Part shown: positions 1 through 13,500 of the stretch, one piece after another
How the letters are laid out: every line of letters starts with the position of its first letter
Position numbering within the stretch: position 1 is the stretch's first letter
DNA from: Antedon mediterranea
Taxonomy: Eukaryota; Animalia; Echinodermata
NCBI RefSeq assembly: GCF_964355755.1
Contig: NC_092680.1
Span: forward strand, 5,332,001-5,396,000
DNA: 64,000 bases
Direction of reading: 5' to 3'
Position numbers and translations under genes: made by a program
The notes under the pieces: model-generated
Told to the model about the DNA's origin: nothing
What the model saw: only the letters and a program-made list of their open reading frames with translations
The model's database searches: none

Positions 1-65
1 AAACCCCCCTAAATATTGCCAATATTATTCATTCATTTTGTTTGCCTTATCTGCTGGATGTTTAG

Positions 66-130
66 ACATAATGATTTAGGAGATGTTCATCAACAAAAAC
101 ATCAGTCAGTTGAAATGAAGAGAAAGAAAA
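66..130 (+). CDS. Probable penultimate coding exon of an unidentified upstream gene (HNDLGDVHQQKHQSVEMKRKK)
   Basis: Acceptor gtttag| and strong donor |gtaagt at 131. The frame is open and ends in phase 1, matching the exon at 809. Confidence 0.45.
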
Positions 131-613
131 GTAAGTAAAATAGAGTAATAACTACTTTAAAGTACCTTGAATCAGAGCAAGGCAATCTATAAACAGGATG
201 CTGAGTTCCGGAGATCAAAGGTTTTATCTGTTAGCTAACAACTAAGGAAAGTCTTTTGTACACAAAATGTTGACAATTGTACAGTATATGATATATGATA
301 TCATTACCTTTTTGCAATTTCCCTTATAGAGGATTTAGCTGCAATGCTAAAGGCACCTATTTTTCCAAGAGGATCTTCACAACTTTATTTGACATCAGGA
401 GGTCACCTTTCCATACCATTCATGCAAGGTAAATTTGTAAAAATAATAGATCTCCTATTAAGGAGCAGAACCCAACAAAGTTTCAACCTAACTGGTGTCC
501 CCGGAACAGGGGTTGACTATAGTGTTATAAACATACATTTTCCTTGTTTGTTTCATGAGGAAGTGTCCCTTTAATAACAATAGAAGTATCCCAAAAGAGG
601 AATTCTACTGTAA

Positions 614-770
614 AGCTATATCTGCACATCAAACTTTATGTCAATGACAAAAAAGTTATGTGCCCATATATGGGCATGATATTGTCATATCACTACCATA
701 TTTGGGCATATCACTACCATATTTGGACACACTCTTTTTGTCAAACTAGTTTTATAGTGTAGACAGAACT
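614..770 (+). mobile_element. PIF/Harbinger-type MITE family A copy (diverged)
   Basis: Matches the family TIR AGCTCTGTCTACACTATCAAACT and internal CACTACCATATTTGGGCA repeats. Confidence 0.8.
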
Positions 771-808
771 TATTGAATGTTACAACCTGTCACTCATGCC
801 ATTCACAG

Positions 809-912
809 GTTCAACTGAAAGCAATGATGCATTACAAACGGCTAAAGGAAAACAAAGTATACAAGAACCAGTAACACTGAACAAACGAAAAAGAAAGTAT
901 AAACGAAAGTAA
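809..912 (+). CDS. Probable terminal coding exon of the upstream gene (STESNDALQTAKGKQSIQEPVTLNKRKRKYKRK*)
   Basis: Acceptor attcacag|, phase 1, open to TAA at 910-912, with AATAAA at 912-917. Confidence 0.45.
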
Positions 913-984
913 ATAAAAATAGGAGATATACTAATCAGAATACCATGATGAAAGTAAAAAAAGAAGAGCTATAATAATCAGAAT

Positions 985-1590
985 CCAGGTGGCGAGTCCC
1001 CGTGTCTCTCCAGGCGGCGAGTCCCCGTGTCTCTCCAGGTGGCGAGTCCCCGTGTCTCTCCAGGTGGCGAGTCCCCGTGTCTCTCCAGGTGGCGAGTCCC
1101 CGTGTCTCTCCAGGTGGCGAGTCCTTCTGTCTCTCCAGGTGGCGAGGAGTCCTGTCTCTCCAGGCGGCGAGTCCCTCTGGCTCTCCTGGCGGCGAGCCCC
1201 TGTGTCTCTCCAGGCGGTGAGTCCCTGGGTCTCTCCTGGCGGTGAGTCCCTGTGTCTCTCCAGGCGGTGAGTCCCTGTGTCTCTCCAGGCAGTGAGTCCC
1301 TGTGTCTCTCCAGGCGGTGAGTCCCTGTGTCTCTCCAGGTGGCGAGTCCCTGGGTCTCTCCAGGCGGTGAGTCCCTGTGTCTCTCCAGGCGGTGAGATCA
1401 TGTGTCTCTCCAGGGCGGTGAGTCCCTGTGTCTCTCCAGGCGGTGAGTCCCTGTGTCTCTCCTGGCGGTGAACTCCTGTGTTTCTCCAGGCGGTGAGTCC
1501 CTGTGTCTCTCCAGGCGGTGAGACCATGTGTCTCTCCAGGGCGGTGAGTCCCTGTGTCTCTCCAGGTGGCGAGTCCTTGGTCTCTCCTAG
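985..1590. repeat. GC-rich minisatellite, 25-bp unit (CCAGGYGGYGAGTCCCYGTGTCTCT), ~24 copies
   Basis: Directly visible tandem array. It accounts for the overlapping repetitive ORFs on both strands. Confidence 0.95.
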
Positions 1591-2562
1591 GCAATTGTGG
1601 GGAGGACACCAAAGATCCATAAAAACAGTAGTTTCAATAACAAAAAGAGTAAAATTAAACATTTCTCGTGACTAATGCATATTTAATCATGTTTATTCAA
1701 ATGCAGGAAAGCAATACAATAAATATAATTTAAACAGGTTATTTTCAATGTCATTACTTGCGTGTATCACCAGAGGATGTTAAAATATTAAATACAGTAT
1801 AAACTTGTTAAGTCTGATAAAATGTTTGTCCTTTTGTTAGTGTAGTGTAGAAGTAATTTCGACTTGTGTATTTATTTATTTTACGTACAAGAGTGGTCCA
1901 TCATTAGAGAACCTCACGAAAATACAATTTTACATTAACATACAACAATAATAATAATTAAATTTAAATAAATATAATTCATAAACATTTTAAAAATAAA
2001 TAAATAAATCAAAATGGAAATTAATTAATAAAATAAATTAAATTGGCCATCTCAGAGAGAAGAGACAGGGATAGGAAGCAATTAAGCAAGGAAGGCCAAC
2101 TACTATTAATATTTCTGATATATTTAATATGTTCGTTATTTATTATATTTCCCTAGTCGCAATCACATCCGTAGAGTAAAACATAGCACAGTACATAATA
2201 GACAAATGAACTCCACGTTTTTTAGAAAATTAGAATAATAGACTATAAAGATTTGCCTTTTTTAGTTGCATTGTGCAAGACGATGAATAATTTCCGAAAA
2301 TTTGGCCAAGGCAGGAAGTCAGCAACTTCAAAAGTAGAATTGTCTGAGATGAAGTGCCTTTGTCTCATGCAATAAAAACATTAGATGAATCCCTTCTTGT
2401 CCGATTAGTGTGTAAATAGCGTAGACGTATGGAGTAGTATTGAGGTAGAATTATCATATCCTGACTAGGCCTATTGAGTAGTTTTGGTTTTAAGAAGGCC
2501 AATTGGTGAAGGAGTAAAGCCAACTAAAAAAGTGTCAGTTTCACGTTCAGAATTTGAATTTG

Positions 2563-2682
2563 AACTTTATGTGAAAAAAAAATGTGATGTGCCCATATAT
2601 GGACATGATGATAACATCACTACAATATTTAAGCATATTACTACCATATTTGGGCACACTTTATTTTAGTGTAGACAGAGCT
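2563..2682 (+). mobile_element. MITE family A copy, 5'-truncated
   Basis: Family interior plus right TIR agtgtagacagagct|tta. Confidence 0.8.
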
Positions 2683-3661
2683 TTAGCCATAGTTAGCTCC
2701 AAACTCCCAACTAAACATCGTGATATCTAACCGTCTAACTTATTTTGGTACGTTGGTAACTAACGATTGCCGATCGTGCAATACTGATGAAAAGTAATTT
2801 TTTCACGAACGACTACCGTATTTTTTAAAATAGCAAATTGTAAAAGAGCCACGTCGCTTTATTTTTGTCAATCTGGGAGAATTGAAACTATAAATATATT
2901 CTATAAAAGCAAACTTTTTATATTTCGTTTATTAGGTACTGTATCTCTTAACGGCCGAGGTTCATGAGTACCAGAATTTGCTAGTGAAATTATGCATAGG
3001 TTCGCTGTTTGTGACATAATCGGCCTATAATTTTTTATATAGATCGCACAACACGAAAGTCAATTTGAATTTATATTTTCATATAGATAGACTTTGACTA
3101 TAACAAAAATAAGAAATATATAAAAAAATAATTTATAGCCAAAAATAAGATATACCTGAAACTCTATGTTTTCATGAAATCATATTGAGTTGTGTTTCTT
3201 TTTTGTAAATAGTTTTTGAATAATAAGTAGGCATACTGTGAAATGATAACTTTTGTAAATAGTTAAATTATAAAAATTAACCGGCCTGGTGATTCAAATG
3301 TTTATGTTATTTAGAACATAAACAGACGGTCTGAAATATTTTGTTATTTTTTGACCTAATGTTTCTAAAACAGACAATAGAAACATTATGAAAACGTGCA
3401 CAGTAGTTTGTTGTGAAACAATGGCGGTAAATTACTAATCTGTATAACCACATCAGAGAGTTTTCCATTATTGCATCTTCCTTTCATGATTATTGTCTGT
3501 CTATCGGTTCAAATACATCCGATGTCAGTAAGTTCATGCAAGGAAATCTAACAACAGGACACTGAGCTCGCATTGCCAGGATAGAAACTCGTAACAGTCC
3601 TTTAATCTTATGTCTGGCTGCGACAATTAGTTCTCAAGAAGTTCATGAATAATGCATATTT

Positions 3662-3687
3662 ATGACGTAACGATTATAATGACGTAA
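3662..3687. promoter_or_regulatory. Tandem ATGACGTAA (CRE/ATF-bZIP-like) sites upstream of exon 1a
   Basis: Two identical 9-mers at 3662 and 3679 in the CpG-retaining region 5' of the ATG. Confidence 0.35.
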
Positions 3688-4424
3688 TATGAAGCTTTAA
3701 TTTTAACCTACTTTTTTTGAAAACCTTCGTTTTTCTACGATTTGAAGCTACAACATCAATGTATCTGGTGATGTCGTAGAAACAACTCCAATGCTTTGGC
3801 AGGGCCTTAGTGCTGAGGCAGGGAGAGTATAATTAATAACATCTTTTTTTCCTGTAGCTTCGCGACCAGTATTCGATCTCTTAAATTTTATGTTTAGCGC
3901 CCTCAATTTTAAGAACCTGTAGTAACGTCAGAAAATCAGAGAAACTAATTTAGTACACTAGATTCTACAAAAACTAGATTTTATTTCGTCACTTTGACGA
4001 ATGATAGGTGATCTTTGTGTTAGAAGATAATTTACCCGACATTTAACAACAAATAAATAAATTCGCACAAAATAATCGTATTTCTGAAAAATTGCAATAT
4101 ATTATTAGTATGTAACGTTGAGATAGCTATCGTTTTAAAACTTTCTGCGTTAAGTACGAACTTTGCTCAGAACGCCCTCTATGTAACAAAAGTAGTTTAT
4201 TTACGATTGTGCTGTCAGACGACTACCACCAGAGACCACACCACCAGTTTGGAGCTTCAGCGGCGCGTACGATCTGTGTGGGAGTCTTGGGTTTTGTGAC
4301 TACCAGCCTACCCCTCTCTCTTAAGTTCTAACCGATTTTCCGATTACTGTCATTTATGCAATCTTCAACTACCTGGTAGACACGACTGTGTGGCTGGTTA
4401 GTGGAAGTAAAAGAAGCCGAAGTT

Positions 4425-4585
4425 ATGGATTTTAAGCTCTTTGTTTTGTTTGTTGGTGCTGTTTTCCCAAGTGTATGTCTAGGCGTAATATGCCCAAGCC
4501 GTTGTCTGTGCTTTCGGACCACGGTTCGGTGTATGCATCTGGACCTCAGGCTGATTCCCCAGGTTTCGTCTTCCACTACCATTCT
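4425..4585 (+). CDS. PXDN: Peroxidasin exon 1a: signal peptide + canonical LRRNT
   Basis: [54 protein letters not shown], with phase-2 donor CT|GTGAGT. Confidence 0.93.
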
Positions 4586-7500
4586 GTGAGTATTATGTTT
4601 AATTATCAAGCTTTGTTTACTTGATTATACATGTCAGTTGATGGATAAGTACCATAGTTTACGAAGTAAGCACATTCTTAGAATACATTTATTTATACTG
4701 GACAGCACAGATTTCTTTTCCAGACAGCAACTTTGTTGGTGTTGATAAAATGTAAATATTGAAATAGAAAATAACAGAGTCATTTACCTCATATGAACTC
4801 TGTTGCTAAAGTAAATGTATACTGTTGTATTGAGGAAAACAATGTAATTCCAAAGTCTAAATAAAATCATTACATAAGTATATAACTATTTTAACATTAA
4901 ATATCATTTGTATTTCTTAAACTTTTTAATTACAGCCTAATTTTAATTCTTACAGGTTATAGTAATTTTATATATAATAATAATAATATAATAATTATAT
5001 ATTTTCATTCAGAAATTATTCATCAACCATGGACTTATAAAGTGCATGGTTATACAGTATCTGCTAGTTTAAAGAAATAATTGATAAGAACATATCTTTC
5101 AATTTAATTAACATTTATTTTCATTTCTGAATTCCCTAGTCAAAATTGTATGAACTTTAGTGTGAACTCAAAATGTTGTTAGTCAAATAGATGTTTGTTT
5201 GCTGTGTTATATGTTCAAACACTACAACACATTGGTTGTTATAGTACTTTGTCTCAAGTATGATACATTCAGACACACATGAAACAATAACTAGAAATCC
5301 TATCTTATAGTTATCATAAAAAAAGGTGTGATGTTTTAACACCAAGTGTTTTTTTATCATTGTTTTCAGTAATATTATACCTTAATTGATTATAGTTCAA
5401 AGTGACTGATAAAATCTTGAAAAAAGTGATTAAAACAGTCTATTGAAAATGTCATTGGCTTTTAATGTAAAGATAATGGTTGGATTTTGACCTTGCTGTT
5501 CACTTCCCTTCACACTTTTTGTTTTGATGTTTTAGATTGTTCTGTGATCTAGTTTCAGTTCAAGGTAAATTGCAATATACAGTTTGTGAAAGTAATAACT
5601 ACTCTGTACCTTATTGCCCAAAAAATATAAATGTAAGTGGCGTGATTAGAAAAATGGTATGACAAAACCCAAACCTGTACTTTTTACTTTCGATGTAAAC
5701 TTGTATTTTGTGTGTATATAATTGGGTTAATGATGAAGTAAGAGTTTGGGCTTATGTGTAACTTGTAATAACACAGTTTATGCTTACTGGTAAAACCCTT
5801 ATTATTATGGATTCAATATATTGATTTTTATTATAAATCTGTGTATGAGAAGAAGTGACATGTTGCTAAAATCTGCAAACAACCGTAAACTTAGAAGAAA
5901 CATAGCAAAGTAACCCATTGAAACAACTGAATATGTAGTATTGTATACGATCTACATACTTAGTACAGTATATCACAGTACCATTTTTTTAAAAGTATAA
6001 TTTTTTTGTGGTAAAATGTGTTGGAATTAAGAAGCACACATTACACTGTAAACAGATGATACTCAACTTATTTTTTATTGTAATAAAAAGCACAAAATTC
6101 AAATTAAAAGTTAGTTACTTTTAATTCTATTTTTAGGTATAATGTACTGTTTTTAAAAAAAGAATATATTTTTAAATAACTTTGTTTTGATATATTTCAT
6201 CAGGTTTAAAATGTAAAACATAATTGATTATCAGCAATAATTTCCTTCGTTTCCCATGGCAATATAATTAGTTTCTAAATATAGCTTTTTGCTATGTTTC
6301 ATTTCCATGGTTGATAAGGTCGTAGGTTAATACGCTATTGGGAATATAAATGTTGTAACTTGTTGATAGCATTCTCATTGTTATGTGTTGGTTACCATAG
6401 CAATAATTTAATTCAGTTTTAAGAATTATGTCCCAAGTTAATGTGAATTAAGAACTCGCTTGAGTATTTAAGTGTGAGCCTTTGGCTTGTGATAGTTTTT
6501 AATTATCAGTTTCCAATGACGAACCGACCTACGGAAGAAGTGGAAATTATCGTTAGTTGAGGATAATTTGCCTGCTGCCTAATAAAGGAGTTTAATTCAC
6601 CCGTTACTTGTCAGCAGGGCAGGTCTGTTACTACTGGATCTGATAAGTTCATTGTTGATTATAGCTAGGCTGTTTTCAGAGTATTAGCAGATAGCAAAAC
6701 GCTGTCAAGCAGTCTACAGCATGCGAACTCGGCTCTCTCTTATTTTATTCGTTTCAATAGCAGGAGTGTCCTTGGCGAAGGAATGTCCGTATCAATGTAT
6801 TTGTATGAATAGATCAGTTCGATGCGTATATTCAAGCTATAAGACAATTCCCAGAGTGCCAGACAATACGATCAGTCTGTAAGTAAAAAGTTTAAAAAAC
6901 CTTTGTTTTTCTTTGCTACTTTCATATCATGTCTAATGTATGTATTTAAAGTTATTTTTTAAATCTTTGTCATTATCTTGGCAAATTTTCAGACAATTTT
7001 GATATCTTTTTATAGTAAAATTTAGGATGAAATTCTTCGGTTTTATGTAGTAATCCTTGTGTGTTTCAATTGTGTTTCATTTCACTTTGATTTGTGTAAG
7101 AGATATATAATTTTTTATGATTTAAATGATACAGAGACGTAACAAATAAAATGTATTCATCATGGTTTTTGATAAATACACTTAGACTGATGTCATGATG
7201 TGTGGGAGGCAACAGACTGTGAGACAAGGTTTAAACTTTCAGAAACATATGTACCTGTATCTTTATTACTGTTTAAGCCATAGCTAGTAATTTATGAGGA
7301 TTCCTAAAAAGTACATCTTTACATTAATTATTTCCATATGGATAGAGAAGACTATTGTAACTTGTAAGCTAACATCCTAAACATAAATGAATTGTGAACA
7401 GAAGGATTAGTAAGCCTTAGCAGCATTATCACCAAGGGATGATCATCAGCCAGCCTATACTAGGATGGGTATTAGTACATATGACCCCTTACTGTCATAA

Positions 7501-10500
7501 TGAAATGAGATTTCACTCTTCAAGGTTTCCTATTGAACTGTACAGTATTAACAGTATTGCTTAAAATTATTTAGATTATTTGCTATAAAGTCAATCAGTG
7601 AATAATGATAACAACGATCCTTGCTCACAGCACTGTCAAAAAGAAAAATCAGAAAAAGTGAGTTTTTAGAAGACTAAAGCTCTGTCTACACTATCAAACT
7701 TTATGTGAGAAAAGAATGTGATGTGCACATACATGGACATGATGATTACCATATCACTACTATATTTGGGCATCACCACTGGACACTCATAAAGTAACTC
7801 CTTGCTTCATTGGGTATATGAGGACCTCAATCATGACCCAATGATGCGGAATAATATCTATATTTGTTTTAATATGTTATACCTGTCAAACTCATCTTTT
7901 GTGGAGGGCACATATGTCGGAGATGTTGCAAAGTCTATTTCGTGCTTAGATTACCTGGATAAACCAACAATAGCCCCTTCTCCTCGAAGAGCGAGATATA
8001 ACTCGAAAAGTAGAAGTTTTCATTGAATTCCCCTCTCCACAAATAGTACAGGGTAGTCAAACTAGGTAGCAATAAACAATTAGTAGGGATATTTTACTTT
8101 GTGTGAAAGTTGTACTGTACAACAGCCTCCTATAAATCGAAAGGCATAGTAGTATTACATTTGTAACTCTAGCAGATATAATCAAGTGTACCAAGTCTAC
8201 AGAATATCCTTGTGCATTTAATTTTATTCTTGTTTAATAATATCAAGAATAGTCAATTGAATTAATAATTTTGCATTTGAACTAAAGAAATGTAATAATT
8301 GTCTGCTTTGAGTTAAATAAACATGTTTAGTGAAAGTAAATGATTGTTTGCAGAAGTCATATATACAGTAGACAGCAGTAAAGATAAATTCCTAATTAAG
8401 TGACTCATTTGGCTATACTGTATAAGTTCATTGATCTTAAGTCACACATTTTCTTTAATAAGAACAATTTTAACAATTAACTATAATTATATTAATATGC
8501 TTACCCACACAGGTAGATTTATAATTTGAAGTGACTTATTTTATATTACATTTATCTGAAATAAAGGTCACATTATCAAATATAATATTTTGATTTCACT
8601 ACTGACCGTACCCGTTCCGCGCAATGCTTTAGTGACTTATTTTACAATTGTATATAATTGCAATTGAGTCACAAGCCATAACTGACCATGTCAGCTGTCA
8701 CATTCAAGCTGGGACTTTTTCCTGTTGCTAGTAGTTACCAAATCAAAGCATACGCTTCAGTGAGTTTCAAAGTAAATTTAGAAAAAATCTGGAGAAACTG
8801 AAGTTCTTGTTAAATTGTTTGTCCTACTTTGATTGATTGTGTTGTAAAGTTAAACGTTATATTATGCCCATTTAAAAGATAGCATATGATTTGAGTGAAT
8901 TTAACAGTGGTTGTCCACACCTTGTCAGTTACAAATTAATAATCCTATTTAAGATACTTGTGTCACAAACATGTTTGTTTCTCAGTGCCTGTTTATCCTG
9001 AGAAAATCAATTGATAACCAATAATTAACTACCCCCAGTTTCTTGGCAGCAGAAACAGGCCAAATTTAAAATAACTACCGTAGTTAGATCGCGTTCTAAA
9101 AATAACGCTTCTTGATTGACCGCCATTGAACTTAACTTCTGTAGTGTCTTGAACGTTTGACCACCTGATCTTTTGGGTAATGTTAATTTTTATTTCGTTG
9201 ATTTTGACGAACTTAGCAGAATAAGATTGATATAAAATATTGTTTTCAGATAAACAAATGTTCTTCAGCGTTTATATGAAGTCATCATCAGGTTTTTTTC
9301 CTTTCATTCTTAAAAGTGCAAATAAAACTTTATTTGAACTTTCAATTTGTTCCTATTTTTATTTTATACTGTATAATCAAAATTAAAAATGTTTATTTTC
9401 ATGTTTCCCTATATATTTAAGATAAATATGTTTAATTTATGAATTTGAATATTGGCTGTGTTTCAATATTGAGAGTGTTTACCTGAGGAGAGTTTCCTAC
9501 TCGAGTCTAGGTGATGTTATGAATTAAGTCAACAACTTTTTCAATTTGTGCTGCGATATTAATCTCATGACATAAGTAAGACTTTACTTGTGCACAGATT
9601 TAAAATAAATTTCATTATATTAGGCATACATTTTTCCAGACTGTTTACATATAAATCTTTTCCCAGTATAAATAATAACAAATAATGTGCAATTTTCAGT
9701 TTTTTTAGTATATATAGCTTTCCTAAATTAGATGAGAAGTTCAAATATAACAACAATACAGTACTGTACACTATAGGTAACTTTCTGTTAGAACCCATGC
9801 GCATGTTATTAAATCTGAACTCTAAACTGAACCTGAAACAATTATTAGGTGATGCGGCACGTATTTGATTATATGGTACACTCAGACATTGTATCAATTA
9901 TAACAATGCTTGTCATTCGAAATGGTCTGCGGTGCTGCAACACTAGACGACGCTTGTTGTTGTTATGAAGATATTAACCAGTATTATAAAGGCCCCACTA
10001 CCAGTTACAGTTCAATAGTATATTTAACTAGAACAAGATTCCTTGTGTTTCGATCGGTGATATTGATAACCTCTTTGAATAAAGAAGTTTGTATTCATTG
10101 TGTTTTGAACATACATTATTGATATCCTTGTATAAAGTACTAATGTTGTTTGTTTATATGTTGACAAACCTTGTAAGCTCAATCTTTTTTGTTTGGATTT
10201 AATTGTTGCATCAATGGTGGGGATTTGGCCTTGGCAGTATTAAGCTCTGTCTACACAATCAAACTTTATGTGACGTGCCTATATATATGGACATGATGAT
10301 TATATCATTACCATATTTGGGCATATCACTACCGTATTTGGTCACATCACACTTTTTTGTCACATAACGTTTGATAAACCTATATAGTACAGACCTGACC
10401 TGTGTCTACTATAAGTTTGATAATATAATGCTAGCTCTAAAAAAAGTGAGGCAAGCCATAAATGATACAATATTTAAAATGTTATTTGTTAATGAACAAA

Positions 10501-13500
10501 TCGTTTAATTTGTACACATTTTGATTGCAACAATATGTCATACACTATACAGTATATGTCATGTTTTTAAGGGTTCGTATCATACCTGAATTAATAGATA
10601 AAACTGACAACAAACTACAGTAAGAGTCTGGGGAATTGTATTTTTAATTGTATAGCTTTATTTTAACAAACAAATTTATCCACATGTGGAAATTATGATG
10701 CTCATATACTGTACTAATTAAACAGATACAATAATATAGAAAGAAAACAAAAAAAAACTTCCAAAAATGTCATACAATAAATGTAGGAAAGTTTATTAAT
10801 GTTATTAACTTTTTATTTGATTTTGACAATAGTTACCTCTAATTAAAGATAACTTACCTGTACAGTATAGTTCACAGTTCACAGGTGAAGACCTGTGGAT
10901 ACATACTAGTAAAATTCCAAAAGAAGGTTATTAACTCAAAGGTAGTTCTTAGTTTATTGATGTTTTGGCTTTCAAAACAAGACTTGAGTAGAGTTAACTT
11001 ACAAGTAATGTGTTTGAGTTGGTCTAAATAGTATTGGTACAGTACAGTAATTGGAACCTACATACCTTGTTATTAAATGACCAATACTATTTAGACCAAC
11101 TCAAACAGTGTTCAGTCTAAATACGGACACCCACACCTACTGTAGGGGGCCTGACGTAGGTGTAGGCCTGTTTAAATTATTGTGTTTACGTTGGTTATAT
11201 ATTCAGTAGTGTTTAAATCACCCCCTTCCCATTTGAATTAAAATCTTTTTGATGTATTTTTGTTAGATTTGATATTATTATGTTAGCGCTGCCCTGATTT
11301 ATACTGTACAGTACAGTATATTATCCCCTGTTTATTAAATTACCAAGAGGAATAATTTAATAAATAATATATTATAGGTTGCATTTGTCTTACTTATCTA
11401 TATCTTCTCGGAACTGCAATGAACCCCTTCCTTTGCACCATGCTGATGTCAACTATTTAAATATTTATAATTAGTAGGTTAATGAGTTTACCTCAAAAGC
11501 CAAAAGCAAACATGACATTCTAATTTCAAGGTTAAGATAGATGTTTACTTCTGAGAAGGCCTACTGTATTTTACAGTATCCTCTCCAGGTCAGCTTTTAA
11601 TGGCCAGATACAGTACTGTACATCTCCCTGGTAGTGGTATAACTAGAAAGAGATGTACACTATTATTAAATCTCTCTGGTATGACTCTCTACTGTATGGC
11701 AGAATATTTGATTATATCCCAAACTAGTCCTACTATCATCATTAGTAAATATATATGTACGGTACAGTGGGACAGCCAGTCGACAAATCGTGTCAAATTT
11801 CGACTCGGAGAGGGCGCCCTACTTTTCTAATTTAGTTCAAAATTGCTAAATTTTAGGGTGTTGGAAAAACACAATATTTGTAAATTTAGCTGATTATCGG
11901 AAAAATATTGTTAGTGAAATAAATTCATAAATGGTTTTAATATATTGTCATGTAAAATTAAATGTATTTGAACAAAACGATAATCTGTAATTTAACGGCA
12001 AAATCAACCAATGTCTTTTTTTCGAAATTGTACCCTAGAAAATCATTAAAATAAAATATTTAGAAAAATTGAACAGTCCTGAATTTAAAATCCCTGTTAG
12101 AAAAATTAATAATCTACAGAATACGATATTAAGATACAAAATTCGGTGGTTGGGATGCAGCTCCGACTATTCAAACTAAAGGTACCACTATTTGTTCCAT
12201 CGAAAACTAGCGAAACCGCCATTTTGTAAACACATCGTCATCGTGTTTATGAATTTATTTATATCGAACGATATACGCGATGTTTATAATTGTCCGCGTA
12301 TAAGAATTCATATAAATAAATACATTCCAATACAACGTATATTATTACTTGTTTATTTATCACAGTATACATTTTAGTTGAGGAATATTTATCATAACTA
12401 TTATAATAGCTTTTATACGAGTCCGAGGCCTAGCCCTATTAGCGACCGATTGTTCCAGGGGTGGAAAGTCACTTAGTGACGTTGTGATCGGGCGCGTCGG
12501 GCCTAGCTAATATTAATAATATGACCTGAAATAAGCGGCTAACAAGAACTGTTATATACTTGCTTACAATTGTTTTGTTATTGATGAACAAACAAGCAAT
12601 TAGATTGAATAACAAATTATTTATTCATTTTTTTTGGGTAAAAACATGTACAAACTAGTACTGTATAATATAAATTATAATAATAGTAATATTAAACTAA
12701 TACAGTATTAATAAAATATAAAATAGGCCTAACATACAATAAATATTCAATTTTTAAGGTCTACCACATGACAATAACATAATTTACAGAGTATAGTGTA
12801 GTAGGTTTGCATTCAACATAAATATTTGTATTGTAATTCATCTAAATCCTCTGCAACACATATATTTGTAATTCAACATTTTGTTTTAAATAATTAAATT
12901 ATAGTTTGGGTATGACAATGTCGGTAGGTACCGGTGTCATCTTTTTATCCACTTCACTCTCAGTTTGAAGTCACAAAGACAAAGAACTCTGCATCATCAA
13001 CGATTCCTGAAAGTGTCAGAAAAAATAATAAATATTATTTAAAAAAATGTTAATGTCTGGTTGTATATATAATTATAATATTAACAACTCCCTGATTATA
13101 TGATGACATAAAAGTAAGGCAAATGGAAGTTGTATTTTATTAATTAAATTACAGTATTTACTATAATTATTTATATAATCTAGGCCTACTAGGCCTAGTA
13201 CTAGTAGCCTGCTAGGCATCTATTGAGCCTAATAAATCAATTAATAATAAATGAAAAATAAAATAATAATATTAATACTGATTGAAAAAAAGTATTTTTT
13301 TTGCGGGGATCAGATCACCAGGCTAGGCCGGCCAGGACCAATGATACTCGTAATCAGTACAACTTAACGACTATCAGATCAGCATCAACACAGTACAACA
13401 CACGTCTCGCTATCGCCTATACTGACACACGTGTCTCGCGTTGCCGAAACCACGCTCACAGCTAGAAAATGTACCTACCTTTCGAGGCCTGAGAATACAC

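Noticed and set aside
931-1675. Long overlapping ORFs (up to 243 aa) on both strands
   Set aside because: They arise from a 25-bp unit with few stop codons; the 25-aa periodicity equals three units, and there is no domain or splice support.
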